Shown here piece after piece: positions 9,381-19,568 of a stretch of 64,000 nt of DNA. The notes below the pieces were generated by a model. It did not search any database, was not told the DNA's origin, and saw only the letters and a program-made list of their open reading frames with translations. The stretch spans positions 2,401 through 66,400 of the forward strand of contig JASNZL010000007.1 in the NCBI GenBank assembly GCA_048499675.1, read 5' to 3'. How positions within the stretch are numbered: the stretch's first letter is position 1; each line of letters begins with the position of its first letter. This stretch comes from Candidatus Zambryskiibacteriota bacterium. GTDB taxonomy: Bacteria; Patescibacteriota; Minisyncoccia; Phycocordibacterales; WO2-35-19. A program made the position numbers and the translations under genes.

Positions 9381-10322
9381 TTAGTTGATTGTGCCGAGCT
9401 TCTCGGCAAAGGCGTGGTTGCCCGACCACTTCGGATCAACCATCTTGCGCCCGCATTCCTCTTCTTCGGAAGAGGGCGGGAAGATTTCGCACCCCTTCTC
9501 GATCACCCAATCGGGGGCGTTTTTCGCCTCAAGGGCCTCGAGGAGGTTTTCGACGAGCTTTTCGGTGTGCTCGTCAAGACCGTCGCCACGAGCGGTATCG
9601 TCGAGCGCGATTACCGCGTCGAGAACCTGACCCGCCTTGACGCAGAGCCAAGCGGGCAAACGCTCGTCTTTGTTCTCAGCAACCTGAGCGGTCGTCGCAA
9701 CGACCACCCCATCCTGCCCGAAGAGAAACTTCTCGAGCTCCTCGGTCGGAGCCTTCAAGAATACCTCTTTCGGGTTTGCCTCGTTGTGGAGGATGTAAAA
9801 TCCATTCCCCCACGCCTTAGCGACCGCCGGAAGGAAAACCTCCCAGAAGTCATTCCCGAGGAGATACTTCCCCTGGAAGACCCTCGTGACCAACTGGGTC
9901 GTTTTGGCGGGGTGAATATTTTTCCCCCCCAAGAAACCCCCAAGGAAGTTTTTCAACTTCCTGACGGGATCGTCGAGCTCGCGAGCGGAGCTCGTTTCGC
10001 TTGCGACCGGCTTTTTGGGAGCCGGAGTCGGAAGCGGAACCTGCGGGATGGCCGTAACCGGTTTCCGCGTCTCCTGCTCCATTTCGACCACTTCGAGCGG
10101 AGAGATCTCCGCCCTGATTGTCGCGGGCTTCGGGCGGAGGGCTTTCTCCAGCCCGAGCCAGAATTCGGGGTCCCCCCCGACAATCTGACGAATGGCGTCC
10201 GCCCTCGCCTCGGCGGGGGCGCCGAGGTTGTCCAAAGTTTGAATCGCCCCACGCATTTCCGCGAGACGCTTTTGAATGATTTGCTTCAGGCTTTTCATCG
10301 CCTTTTTTCTCCTTTTTTTCAA
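9381..10322 (-). CDS. Hypothetical protein encoded by a compositionally foreign (~58% GC) CDS
   Basis: 313 aa starting MKKRRKK… It has an AGGAG ribosome-binding site, its own consensus promoter and its own terminator. GC content is roughly double that of every neighbour. The overlapping ORFs on both strands are Arg-rich artefacts typical of high-GC DNA. Confidence 0.6.
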   Translation of the reverse strand: MKKRRKKAMKSLKQIIQKRLAEMRGAIQTLDNLGAPAEARADAIRQIVGGDPEFWLGLEKALRPKPATIRAEISPLEVVEMEQETRKPVTAIPQVPLPTPAPKKPVASETSSARELDDPVRKLKNFLGGFLGGKNIHPAKTTQLVTRVFQGKYLLGNDFWEVFLPAVAKAWGNGFYILHNEANPKEVFLKAPTEELEKFLFGQDGVVVATTAQVAENKDERLPAWLCVKAGQVLDAVIALDDTARGDGLDEHTEKLVENLLEALEAKNAPDWVIEKGCEIFPPSSEEEECGRKMVDPKWSGNHAFAEKLGTIN

Positions 10323-10381
10323 ACAACTAACACCAGCATCTGCTTATTACAAACAGAAGCCAAAATATCAATCTACCCTAT

Positions 10382-10410
10382 ATTATAGCAAATTGTGTAT
10401 AAAAAGTCAA
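10382..10410 (-). promoter_or_regulatory. Perfect sigma70 consensus promoter (TTGACT-N17-TATAAT) for the GC-rich gene
   Basis: Minus-strand read TTGACTTTTTATACACAATTTGCTATAAT. The -35 box abuts the upstream gene's terminator stem. Confidence 0.6.
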
Positions 10411-10434
10411 CCCCGCCGTTAACAACTGGCGGGG
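10411..10434 (-). terminator. Terminator hairpin of the 10435-11115 gene
   Basis: CCCCGCCGTTAACAACTGGCGGGG followed on the minus strand by a T-rich run. Confidence 0.6.
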
Positions 10435-11115
10435 TCATATTTTGATGCCTCTTATTCTCTTTTGAAAACATTCCGCAATCATTCTGCAGAACCGCTTCCT
10501 TTTTTCCCTATAAATAATGTATTCGGGAATGAGAACGAAGTGATTTATTTTTCTTGCTTTAATTCTTTCTTCTGTACCATTTTCTTTTGGCGCGTATTGC
10601 CAAAAGTCACTCCTTGGGTTAAGAATCCGAGTCCAGCCGGAAACGGTATCCTCACCACTTTTTTTCAAAAAAGATGACAGCCCTCCTTTATGAACAAAAA
10701 GGTCTGATTGGAAATTTTCCTCCGAATATGTCGGTGAATCCTTCTCCCAAAGATCTCGAAGCTTGGCAGAAAATTCAGTATCAAAGTTGAATAAATCAAC
10801 CATAATAAAGAACTTCGGAACTAACGGGAGATAGAACAGCGCATCGGTCTTATGGGACCAGTCTGCACTAGTTCCGGTTGTGGGGATAAAAGCGAGACCG
10901 CTTGAGTCAAGCCCCATTTTTTTAAGTTGGTTTCTCACACCGTGATACAAAAGTTTCGCAACATCTGTATCTGGGTGTTTATAACCCTCCCTTACAGCTT
11001 TGTTAATAATGAACCTAAAAGATCCATCAAAACTATTCAGATTATACCCGAATGCACCAAAATCATGGCGCCCAAGTACTAAATCCTCAAACGCTCTGCT
11101 ATTTTTATAGTGCAC
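10435..11115 (-). CDS. Hypothetical protein
   Basis: 226-aa ORF with host-like composition and no motif I can assign. Confidence 0.4.
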   Translation of the reverse strand: MHYKNSRAFEDLVLGRHDFGAFGYNLNSFDGSFRFIINKAVREGYKHPDTDVAKLLYHGVRNQLKKMGLDSSGLAFIPTTGTSADWSHKTDALFYLPLVPKFFIMVDLFNFDTEFSAKLRDLWEKDSPTYSEENFQSDLFVHKGGLSSFLKKSGEDTVSGWTRILNPRSDFWQYAPKENGTEERIKARKINHFVLIPEYIIYREKRKRFCRMIAECFQKRIRGIKI

Positions 11116-11213
11116 TTCAACACTCCCTTCTATTTACAACATATCAAAAATATTGCAAAAATGCAAGGTGGTCATTAAGGGCTAAGCGCGAGCCACTAAG
11201 CGCTAAAAAAAAA

Positions 11214-11537
11214 TTAGTTTTTTCCAATTGACTTAATGAATCCTCCCAACATACAAGATATTTCTTCACAAATTCCAATCATATTATCAAAATCCTTTTT
11301 GTTTATATAACTAAACTCTATAGCCAAAAATAGCATTGATTTTACTTCCCCGCATGAACCTTTTGATATGAAGGGAAATCTTTCTAACTCTTTGCTACCT
11401 TTTCTCTCTATTCCTTCTGCAATATTGTTCATTATAGAAACTGAAGCTCTTTGTATTTGATCTTTAAAACCGTAGTCTTTGCAATTTTTAAAAACCGAAT
11501 AGACAGAAAATGTTAACTCTTTAGATTTTAACCACAC
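11214..11537 (-). CDS. Four-helix-bundle protein (23S rRNA intervening-sequence protein / Avd-related family, TIGR02436-like)
   Basis: Contains …QIQRASVSIMNNIAEGIERKGSKELERFPFISKGSCGEVKSMLFLA…, matching the family signature. Confidence 0.65.
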   Translation of the reverse strand: MWLKSKELTFSVYSVFKNCKDYGFKDQIQRASVSIMNNIAEGIERKGSKELERFPFISKGSCGEVKSMLFLAIEFSYINKKDFDNMIGICEEISCMLGGFIKSIGKN

Positions 11538-11581
11538 TTTGTTTCTTCGAACCTCATTCTGATTGATTTAGTTCTTAGCGG

Positions 11582-12520
11582 TTAGCGGTTGGCTTTTAGC
11601 GCTTTATTCTTATTCATCGTCACAAGAAGTGGCGACCCGAAGAAAATAGAAGAATAGGTTCCAGCTGTTATACCTATTATTAATGCGAGTGAAAAATTTT
11701 TGATTGTTTCCGGACCAAAAAAGTATAATACCACTATAGCAAGAAGAGTTGTGACTGATGTATTTATAGAGCGTATTAATGTTTGACTTATACTGTCCCC
11801 TACTATTTGTTCAAAATCTTTGCCTTCTTTGAATTGCTCATTTTTTTGTAAATTCTCCCTAACTCTATCGAACACGACGATTGTATCGTGAACTGAAAAT
11901 CCGAGTATAACCAAAAGTGCTGTGACAAACAGGGTGTCCACTTCTGTACCCAACGTTCTACCAAGTATTGCAAAAACTCCCATTGGTATCAAAACATCAT
12001 GAAAGAGTGCAAGTACCGTAACAAAACCATAATCAAAAGAAGATAATTTTACTTCTGAATTTTTTACAAGAGCATCACCAGAAACTTTTCTAAATGCAAA
12101 AGCTACGAATAAAAGTATTGCTAGCAAAACAAGGACGATAGAGAGCCAAGATTTTTGAAGTGCTTCTTTACCCAAAATTGGCCCCACACTACTTGTATTT
12201 TCTCCAGAAACATTATACGTCCCACCAAAAGAAAGTCCGCTTACAATAGAATCTTTGCTATCTTGCTCCAACTCTTTTGTTCTTATTATAAAACCGTTGG
12301 GAGAAGGTCTGACAGATGCATCACCAATATTTTGCTGTGCGATAAATTCTCTAACTTTACCGATTTCTGGTTTTTCGCCTTCATAAGAAAGATTTATCAA
12401 AGTACCTCCAGTAAAATCTATACTTGGTTTAAGTCCAAAAAATAATATAGCAAAAATTGAACTCCCAAGAAGTATTGCTGAGATTATATAAAATATTTTT
12501 CTGTGTTTTACGATTGTCAT
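11582..12520 (-). CDS. secF: Protein-export membrane protein SecF
   Basis: N-terminus TIVKHRKIFYIISAILLGSSIF…IDFTGGT and a 6-TM C-terminal domain, directly downstream of secD. Confidence 0.85.
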   Translation of the reverse strand: MTIVKHRKIFYIISAILLGSSIFAILFFGLKPSIDFTGGTLINLSYEGEKPEIGKVREFIAQQNIGDASVRPSPNGFIIRTKELEQDSKDSIVSGLSFGGTYNVSGENTSSVGPILGKEALQKSWLSIVLVLLAILLFVAFAFRKVSGDALVKNSEVKLSSFDYGFVTVLALFHDVLIPMGVFAILGRTLGTEVDTLFVTALLVILGFSVHDTIVVFDRVRENLQKNEQFKEGKDFEQIVGDSISQTLIRSINTSVTTLLAIVVLYFFGPETIKNFSLALIIGITAGTYSSIFFGSPLLVTMNKNKALKANR

Positions 12521-12674
12521 ATGTTATTATTTTTCAATTTTCAATTTAGAATTTTCATTAAATTTTCAATGATCCAATTTTTAATTTTGTATTTTATTTA
12601 TAATTTTCTTTACGTTTTTTGTTTTGATTTTTGTTCTATAATTTTTTATTTGGGATTTGTTTAGTATTTCGGGT

Positions 12675-14063
12675 TTAGTATTTAGAATTTTGATTAGTAT
12701 TCGTGTTACTACTTAATGCAAACAAAATTGTTCTTGAGGCAGTTATTGCACTAAACATTGAAACTAAAACTCCAATAAAGAAAACAAGTGCAAAACCCTT
12801 AATCATTGGAGTTGACGCAAAGTAATAAAGTATAATCGCAGTAATAATACTGGAAATATTTGAATCTCTGATAGAACTCCATGCCCTGTGGAAACCTTCT
12901 TTGATTGCTTCGTATTTTGTTTTACCTAAAACTTCGCCTTGCGAAGTTCGGTCGACCGCTCCATTGGAGCGGTTTAGACCTTTTTTCAATTCTTCTTTTG
13001 TTCTTTCGAAAATCAAAATGTTTGCGTCTACAGCCATACCAATTGAAAGAATAAAGCCAGCAATACCAGCGGACGTTAGAGTGACTGGAATAATTTTGAA
13101 CAGAACAAGATTTATTATTGTGTATATTGCAAGAGCAAGAACAGCAACTACTCCCGGAAGTCTATACCAAGCAATTAGGAAAATTGAAACGATTATAAAA
13201 GCAATGATCCCAGCTTTGACGCTTGCGCTAACTGCTACCTCACCAAGAGAAGCGCCGATTGTCTCCGAACTAAGAAGTGACACCGGCATAGGAAGAGCTC
13301 CATAATTTAAATCTCTTACTACCTGTTTAGCTTGATCAGGAGTAAAGTCTCCCGTGATAACAGCTTCTCCACCTGCAATTTCTTCCCTTATAAATGGTGC
13401 TTCGATTAAATTACCATCCAAAAATATTCCTAGCACACTTCCAACATTTTCTCTTGTAATCTTTGCAAAAAGCTCTGACCCCTCGTCATTAAATCTCAGA
13501 CCTATAATCGGCATGCTGGCAATATTTTGATCAAATTGAATGCTTGCTCTCTCTAACATTCGTCCAGTGAGTCCTGTATCAAAAAAATATTCCCCTTCGT
13601 TATCCGCTTCAAAAACCTCTCCAGACCTTATTAGATTTTCACCATCCTTTGAAAGAAGTTTGAATTCCAAAATTGGTGTTTCGCCAATTCTTTTTATTGC
13701 TTCTTCGATATCAGTCACTCCAGGAAGCTCAACAATGAGTCTTTGTTCTTTTTCTCCTCCAAACATACCACCCTCCTCAACCTGAACAATTGGTTCAGAT
13801 ACACCAAAAAGATTTACCCTCCTTTCTATGGTATCTCTCAAAGATTGCATCGAAGAAGAAACGTCGCTTGGTGATATTTGGGAAATATCTGCTTTATATA
13901 CGAGCTGAGTTCCGCCAGATAGATCCAATCCCAGCTTAAATTTTTTGGTTGATTCTTCGGATTTTTCTGAATTCCACACAAAAAAACCGAGCGCTATTGC
14001 GCCGACTATCAAAATAATTGCAGAAAATCTGTATTTGTTCATATTAAGAATTCTAATAATCAA
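12675..14063 (-). CDS. secD: Protein-export membrane protein SecD
   Basis: LGLDLSGGTQLVY motif and SecD periplasmic and TM domains. Confidence 0.85.
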   Translation of the reverse strand: MIIRILNMNKYRFSAIILIVGAIALGFFVWNSEKSEESTKKFKLGLDLSGGTQLVYKADISQISPSDVSSSMQSLRDTIERRVNLFGVSEPIVQVEEGGMFGGEKEQRLIVELPGVTDIEEAIKRIGETPILEFKLLSKDGENLIRSGEVFEADNEGEYFFDTGLTGRMLERASIQFDQNIASMPIIGLRFNDEGSELFAKITRENVGSVLGIFLDGNLIEAPFIREEIAGGEAVITGDFTPDQAKQVVRDLNYGALPMPVSLLSSETIGASLGEVAVSASVKAGIIAFIIVSIFLIAWYRLPGVVAVLALAIYTIINLVLFKIIPVTLTSAGIAGFILSIGMAVDANILIFERTKEELKKGLNRSNGAVDRTSQGEVLGKTKYEAIKEGFHRAWSSIRDSNISSIITAIILYYFASTPMIKGFALVFFIGVLVSMFSAITASRTILFALSSNTNTNQNSKY

Positions 14064-14131
14064 TTAAACGATATTACTAAATAACCTATCACACTATCAC
14101 TCTTATTTCCATAGGTTATTTTTTGCTCATA

Positions 14132-15457
14132 TTATGTACCACTTCTTGAAAGAAGCGCCTTTATGGTTTTGAGGGCAATCTTCAAATCAAGCATAAATGA
14201 GCGGTTCTTTATGTAATACAAATCATAAGATAGTTTTCTTCTTGTTTTTTCGCTATCTGCATCAATTTTTGGTGGATCTGTGTGGTAAAGTTGTGCCCAA
14301 CCAGAAAGCCCTGGTTTAATCAAATGGCGTACATTGTAATAAGAAATCTCTGATTCATAGTGTTTAACCAAAGTGGGAATTTCTGGACGTGGTCCAATGA
14401 GTGACATATCACCGTTAAATATATTCCATAGTTGTGGTAATTCATCTATTCTTGTTTTGCGAAGCCACTTACCAACTCTTGTCACTTCATTACTCCCGTC
14501 TTCTTTCATGCTTCTAAATTTTCTTACTTTTATAATCTTATTATTTTTGCCTATCCTTTCTTGAATAAATAAAATACTACCTCTATCATCAATCTTTATT
14601 AAAAAAACAACAATCGGATAAAAAACTAAAGACACTAAACCTAAAACAGTAGAGATAAAAATATCCATTAGACTTTTTAAAAAGTCATAGGTGGTTCTTG
14701 ACTCAGTAGAAATATTTTCTAAAAACCAATTATACTTCACAAGAGAAAGTGGCTCTCTATCAAAAATATCTTCGTATATTTTGTACATATCTATAAACTT
14801 AACCTTAGAAAAAATTAGATTGTATAGATGGGGTAAAATTGGCTCTACTTTGTCGTTTTTTAGATCAATCGCAATAATCTGAACCTCTTCTGAATAAACT
14901 CTAGAGAGTATTTCTTCTTTGAAATCTACCCCCTCAACTTTGTTTAAATCTATTGATGAAATAAATTCCAAACCATATCTTGGATTATTATTCACCTCTT
15001 CGAGAAGCTCTTTCATCTCTTCTCCACTTCCTATTATTATCCCCTTTTGCTTTACACTTGGATGCAAAAACCTGTCTCCGTAGATTCTCCAAAGCAACAC
15101 AAAAGCAAAGGAAACGAGAAGATATATAAACAAATTTGTTTTTGGTGCAATGCCAAAATAAGGAACAAAATAGAAAAATAAAACAGCTATAAAACTGTTT
15201 GCAATTTGTGCATTAAAAACAGTACTTGGTAATCTACTTTTTAGTATCAAGGTGTGTTTTTCGTATAGTCCCGATATAAAAAAGACCAAAACCCAGACTC
15301 CTATGATAAATGTAAAAGGTTCAAAGTGTATGTCCCAAACTTTTTGACTTGGAAATTCCCAATATCTAAGAAGCAGTGTTAGCCAAAGTGAAAAATACAA
15401 GAGGAATATATCCCCAAGAAAAAGCGCAAAAGTTTCCTTTTTTCCTGCAATAGTCAT
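14132..15457 (-). CDS. Polyprenyl-phosphate sugar phosphotransferase (WbaP / bacterial sugar transferase family)
   Basis: C-terminal DELPQLWNIFNGDMSLIGPRPE motif and an N-terminal multi-TM region. Confidence 0.8.
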   Translation of the reverse strand: MTIAGKKETFALFLGDIFLLYFSLWLTLLLRYWEFPSQKVWDIHFEPFTFIIGVWVLVFFISGLYEKHTLILKSRLPSTVFNAQIANSFIAVLFFYFVPYFGIAPKTNLFIYLLVSFAFVLLWRIYGDRFLHPSVKQKGIIIGSGEEMKELLEEVNNNPRYGLEFISSIDLNKVEGVDFKEEILSRVYSEEVQIIAIDLKNDKVEPILPHLYNLIFSKVKFIDMYKIYEDIFDREPLSLVKYNWFLENISTESRTTYDFLKSLMDIFISTVLGLVSLVFYPIVVFLIKIDDRGSILFIQERIGKNNKIIKVRKFRSMKEDGSNEVTRVGKWLRKTRIDELPQLWNIFNGDMSLIGPRPEIPTLVKHYESEISYYNVRHLIKPGLSGWAQLYHTDPPKIDADSEKTRRKLSYDLYYIKNRSFMLDLKIALKTIKALLSRSGT

Positions 15458-15562
15458 TTTATAAAAGTATGCATTATATTGAAAAGTGCGTCAATATGTG
15501 TAAAAATAATAATTCGTATTAATTTTGTTGTATTTTGTATAAAATTTATAAAAATTAATCCC

Positions 15563-16711
15563 ATGACTTCGAGTGAAAACCTAAATAATAAAAAGAAAAT
15601 CCTTTTTGCAATAACCAAAGGAAACTTCGGAGGAGCACAAAGATATGTTTTTGACCTAGCAACATCCCTACCTCAAGACAAATTTGAAGTACTGGTAACC
15701 TGTGGTGAAGGAGAATTACTCAAAAATAAACTTAGAGAAAAAAACATTAAAGTTATTGATTTAAAATCTTCTCAAAGAGACATAAACACAAAAAAAGACA
15801 TTGGTACATTTCTAGAAATAAGGAGAATTATATTGGAAGAAAAACCAGACGTATTACATTTAAATAGTTCAAAAATTGGAGGGGTCGGCGCCCTTGCTGG
15901 CAGACTGTGTGGAGTCAAGAAAATTATTTTTACTTCTCACGGGTGGGCCTTTAATGAAAACAGGGGGTTGTTATCTAAATATTTAATCTTGTTTCTTCAT
16001 TGGCTCACAATAATGCTTTCTCATACAACAATAACCGTATCTCACAAAGCCAAGAGAGATATCGTATGGTTGCCCTTTATAAAAAACAAAATTAAAGTTG
16101 TTCACAACGGCATTTCTGATTTTGAAACAATAGAAAGAAATGAAGCCCGAAAAATTTTGGCTGGCGAAAATAATCAAAACAAAAAAATTATTTTTTCACT
16201 AGCAGAACTTCACAATAACAAAGGAATTGATATCGCACTCAAAGCAATTTCAATGTTACCTCAAGAGATAAAAAATGATTTGTTGTTTTGTGTCGCAGGT
16301 GAAGGAGAAGAAGAAGAAAATTTGATTAACTTAATAAAAAAATTAGAGCTCGAAAATAGCGTTATTTTGCTTGGTTATATAGAAAATGGTAAAAAACTTT
16401 TGGTTGGTGCTGACATATTTTTGCTCTCATCCAGAACAGAAGCTTTCCCTTATGTAATTTTAGAAGCTGGCATAAAGAGTCTGCCGATAATTTCTTCCTG
16501 TGTTGGTGGAATTCCAGAAGTCATACAAAATATGGAAAATGGAATTCTGGTCCATCCAAAAAATCCTAAAGAAATTGCTGAGGCCATTTCTTACCTAAGA
16601 GAACATCCTGGTTATGAAGAAAAGTTTAAAAAAGAAATTAAAAAAACCATTACAAATTTTTTCAATTTAGACAAAATGCTTTCTGAGACATTAGAAATTT
16701 ACTCATTGTAA
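15563..16711 (+). CDS. Glycosyltransferase family 4
   Basis: AFPYVILEAGIKSLPIISSCVGGIPE motif. The start is more likely the ATG at 15563 (MTSSENL…) than the upstream track start at 15479. Confidence 0.75.
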   Translation: MTSSENLNNKKKILFAITKGNFGGAQRYVFDLATSLPQDKFEVLVTCGEGELLKNKLREKNIKVIDLKSSQRDINTKKDIGTFLEIRRIILEEKPDVLHLNSSKIGGVGALAGRLCGVKKIIFTSHGWAFNENRGLLSKYLILFLHWLTIMLSHTTITVSHKAKRDIVWLPFIKNKIKVVHNGISDFETIERNEARKILAGENNQNKKIIFSLAELHNNKGIDIALKAISMLPQEIKNDLLFCVAGEGEEEENLINLIKKLELENSVILLGYIENGKKLLVGADIFLLSSRTEAFPYVILEAGIKSLPIISSCVGGIPEVIQNMENGILVHPKNPKEIAEAISYLREHPGYEEKFKKEIKKTITNFFNLDKMLSETLEIYSL

Positions 16712-16748
16712 ATTATTATAAAATTTTAAATTTAAAAATTAAAAATTA

Positions 16749-17885
16749 TTATACGGCGCCTATTATTTCATTTTTGGAAACTTCTCTATGAGCGGCTCTT
16801 GCGTACTGTTTTTGTCCCATCAGTATTCCAACCCCCAAAAACTCAGCAATCAAGTGAGAACCTCCATAACTCATAAACGGCATAGTAATACCAGTCACAG
16901 GGAGTAATCCTATATTCATTCCCACATGTATAAATCCGTGCACCATAAAAAGAGAAGCGAGTCCTAAACCATATAGTATTTCAAAATTTGAAGAACCTTT
17001 TTTGGCAATATCAAAAATCCTCCAAAAAACAACTCCATATAAACCAAAAATAATCACTACGCCTACATAGCCCCACTCTTCACTAAAAGCGGCGAATATA
17101 AAATCTGTTTCGTATTCCGGTAGGAATTTTAGTTTAGATTGACTGCCCATACCAACACCTTTGCCGAATATTTCTCCAGAACCCACAGCAATCATTGATT
17201 GGTGTGCGTTGTAACCTGCTCCAGTCAAATCAGCGAGTGGGTGTAAAAAAGATACAATTCTATCTCTTTGATAATCCTGAAAAACAAAAAACCATAGGAA
17301 AGTAAACGCGAGGACACCTGATACCAAAACAAAAATTAAATGTTTTTTTGATACACCAGAAAAGAGAATCATAAAAAACCACAAGAAAAAAATGATGACA
17401 GCAGAACCAAAATCTGGCTGGAGGAAAACAAGCAAAAACAAAACAAAAATGTAAAAACCAGAAACGATAATGTGGCGAATATTGGCGATTTCTATATGTC
17501 TTCTCGAAAAATATTTGGCAAGTATTATGAGTACAACAATCTTTGTGAATTCAACAGGTTGAATAGCAAATAAACCTAGGTTAAACCAACTCTGAGCACC
17601 TTTAAAAATAGAACCGAGAATAAAAAGAAGGAGGAGGGAGAAAACTGACAGAAAATAAATAAAAGTAACTGAGCCGGTTTTTCTAAGAAATCTCCAGTCT
17701 ACCAAGCTAGAAATAATTAACACAAAACTTGCAATCGTAATCCAAATTGCCTGTCTTCCAAAAAAATTGCTTTCATCAACAAAAGAATTCATAGTCAAAA
17801 GACCAGCAATAGAAATAAAAAATATCGCCCCAAACAAAAGCCAGTCAACAGAATATGCTATTTTCTTAAAAAAACTTATTTGCAT
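16749..17885 (-). CDS. SEDS-family peptidoglycan glycosyltransferase (FtsW/RodA)
   Basis: 10-TM protein with the conserved SEDS loop (…GAQSWFNLGLFAIQPVEFTKI…). Confidence 0.85.
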   Translation of the reverse strand: MQISFFKKIAYSVDWLLFGAIFFISIAGLLTMNSFVDESNFFGRQAIWITIASFVLIISSLVDWRFLRKTGSVTFIYFLSVFSLLLLFILGSIFKGAQSWFNLGLFAIQPVEFTKIVVLIILAKYFSRRHIEIANIRHIIVSGFYIFVLFLLVFLQPDFGSAVIIFFLWFFMILFSGVSKKHLIFVLVSGVLAFTFLWFFVFQDYQRDRIVSFLHPLADLTGAGYNAHQSMIAVGSGEIFGKGVGMGSQSKLKFLPEYETDFIFAAFSEEWGYVGVVIIFGLYGVVFWRIFDIAKKGSSNFEILYGLGLASLFMVHGFIHVGMNIGLLPVTGITMPFMSYGGSHLIAEFLGVGILMGQKQYARAAHREVSKNEIIGAV

Positions 17886-19316
17886 TTAAATTGAACTCCC
17901 GAATATCCTGTAAGTGATTTCTACTCTTGCAGGCACTTCTTGGCAAATATTTGATGATATGTTTTTGTATATCACATCAAGATTTTCGGTAGTAGGAGAA
18001 TGATAATAGTTACCTGCCACAGAAGCAAGCCTAGTCAAAAATGACTCGTTGATTTGATTACCAAGTCCAATTGTAAAAATATTTACCCCTTCCCTTTTTG
18101 TAATGCTCGCTTCTTCTCCGGCTAAATTTTCTGCATATTTTATATCGTCTTCTTCTGTGCCCCCATCAGGATTTCTTGGATTATTTGCAACACCATCAGT
18201 TAAGAGTATTAAAACTTTTGAAACTTCCCCACCCCGCGCCCTATCGGATAATAATTCTATTCTGGACAACCTTAAAGCATCATATATATTTGTAAACTGG
18301 GTTGTACCATTTTCTATATTTATCTTTTGGATTGAGTCTTTAACTTCTTCAAAATTATTTGAAAGCAGTGAATCTATTGGATTTTTTGCATCTGTTGCAA
18401 ATGAAACAACTCCAACTTTGTCTTTATCTCCCAGTCCATCAACAAACGATATGGCGGCATTTTTTGCATCAGTCATTGGTTGAGGAGGATTCATACCAAT
18501 CGAAGCCATTGAACCCGATCTGTCTAGAACCAACATAATGTCAGAAGGTTTATCACATTGCAATTCTTTTAAATCAAAAGGTTTGGGCCATGTGAAAAAT
18601 ATATTTGCACTATCGTTTCTTTTTAGCTCTTCTAGCAAAGTTCTAGAAGCTGCTATTGCGTTCCCAGACCCATCAAATATTGCAATAACGAACTCTATAT
18701 TTTTTATATCAAAAATATCATTATTTCTTATGGTTGCTTCTACCCTCGGGGCTGTATCCAATCTTAAAATTGGAGTATGAGTAATTCTAATGTCAGGATT
18801 TGGTAAGTCATTTTTCTTCCAAGAAATATTAGTGCCTATTTCAAAAACAGTTCGTCTTGGCCTCGTGTTTTCCGGTATAGTTATGTTGCCCTCAAAGACG
18901 CCGACTGTTCTATTTTTAGGAAGAATTGTTGCTCCTTTTCTTTCTGCGATAACCTGATTATTCTCACCATAAATAGTAAAACTGTATGGAAGATAATTTG
19001 CTTCTAAATTACTGTTTGGATTATCAACATACACAAGAGCGCTCCACACACCGGGTATAATTTCAAATAATCTTGGGTCCCAACGTATGATTGGTGGTAT
19101 AGCATCTCCGCTACAAACCCGCGCACAAGAACCACCACAATCAATGCCTGTCTCATCCCCATTTTGTATTCCATCAACACAACTTGGTGCCATGTACCAA
19201 AATTTCCAGAATATTACAAACGCAAAAAGTGAGAGTGCAAAAATAATCGCACCCATAATTAGATTTTTTCTTCTGGAGGCCCAAGGATTTATTCGGTTAG
19301 TGACTTGTTCTTCCAT
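17886..19316 (-). CDS. Membrane-anchored von Willebrand factor type A (vWA) domain protein
   Basis: N-terminal TM helix, a Cys-rich segment, and the MIDAS motif DIMLVLDRSGSM. Confidence 0.7.
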   Translation of the reverse strand: MEEQVTNRINPWASRRKNLIMGAIIFALSLFAFVIFWKFWYMAPSCVDGIQNGDETGIDCGGSCARVCSGDAIPPIIRWDPRLFEIIPGVWSALVYVDNPNSNLEANYLPYSFTIYGENNQVIAERKGATILPKNRTVGVFEGNITIPENTRPRRTVFEIGTNISWKKNDLPNPDIRITHTPILRLDTAPRVEATIRNNDIFDIKNIEFVIAIFDGSGNAIAASRTLLEELKRNDSANIFFTWPKPFDLKELQCDKPSDIMLVLDRSGSMASIGMNPPQPMTDAKNAAISFVDGLGDKDKVGVVSFATDAKNPIDSLLSNNFEEVKDSIQKINIENGTTQFTNIYDALRLSRIELLSDRARGGEVSKVLILLTDGVANNPRNPDGGTEEDDIKYAENLAGEEASITKREGVNIFTIGLGNQINESFLTRLASVAGNYYHSPTTENLDVIYKNISSNICQEVPARVEITYRIFGSSI

Positions 19317-19508
19317 TATTTAATTATAATTCAAAAGTTGTGAAGTATAAAGGAGTCAAAAAAATATGAGGTATTATTTTGAAACGGGATTTAGGATTTA
19401 GGATACAGAATATGGGATTAAGAGTATGAGGTATGGAAATATGGAATTCTAAGAAATAAATTCCACATCCCCCAACTGCCAAGGACGTGCCTTGACACTT
19501 ATGATAAC

Positions 19509-19529
19509 AATCAAAAAAACGTGACACCG
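19509..19529 (-). terminator. Rho-independent terminator at the end of the rRNA operon
   Basis: Hairpin CGTGACA-CCGAATA-TGTCACG followed on the minus strand by T7. Confidence 0.6.
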
Positions 19530-19568
19530 AATATGTCACGTAGAATCTACTTTAGATTAAAAACTTAG

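Noticed and set aside
9378-10388. 336-aa plus-strand ORF and the nested minus-strand ORFs (9850-10326, 9953-10252, 9755-9943) overlapping the GC-rich gene
   Set aside because: They are Arg/Leu/Pro-rich translations of the kind produced by any high-GC sequence in non-coding frames. The minus-strand 313-aa frame has the ribosome-binding site, the consensus promoter and the terminator.
11214-11537. Whether the four-helix-bundle (Avd-related family) gene here is part of a second DGR
   Set aside because: It is 50 kb from the DGR, with no RT, template repeat or A-mismatched repeat pair nearby. I treat it as an ordinary member of the 23S-IVS-protein family.
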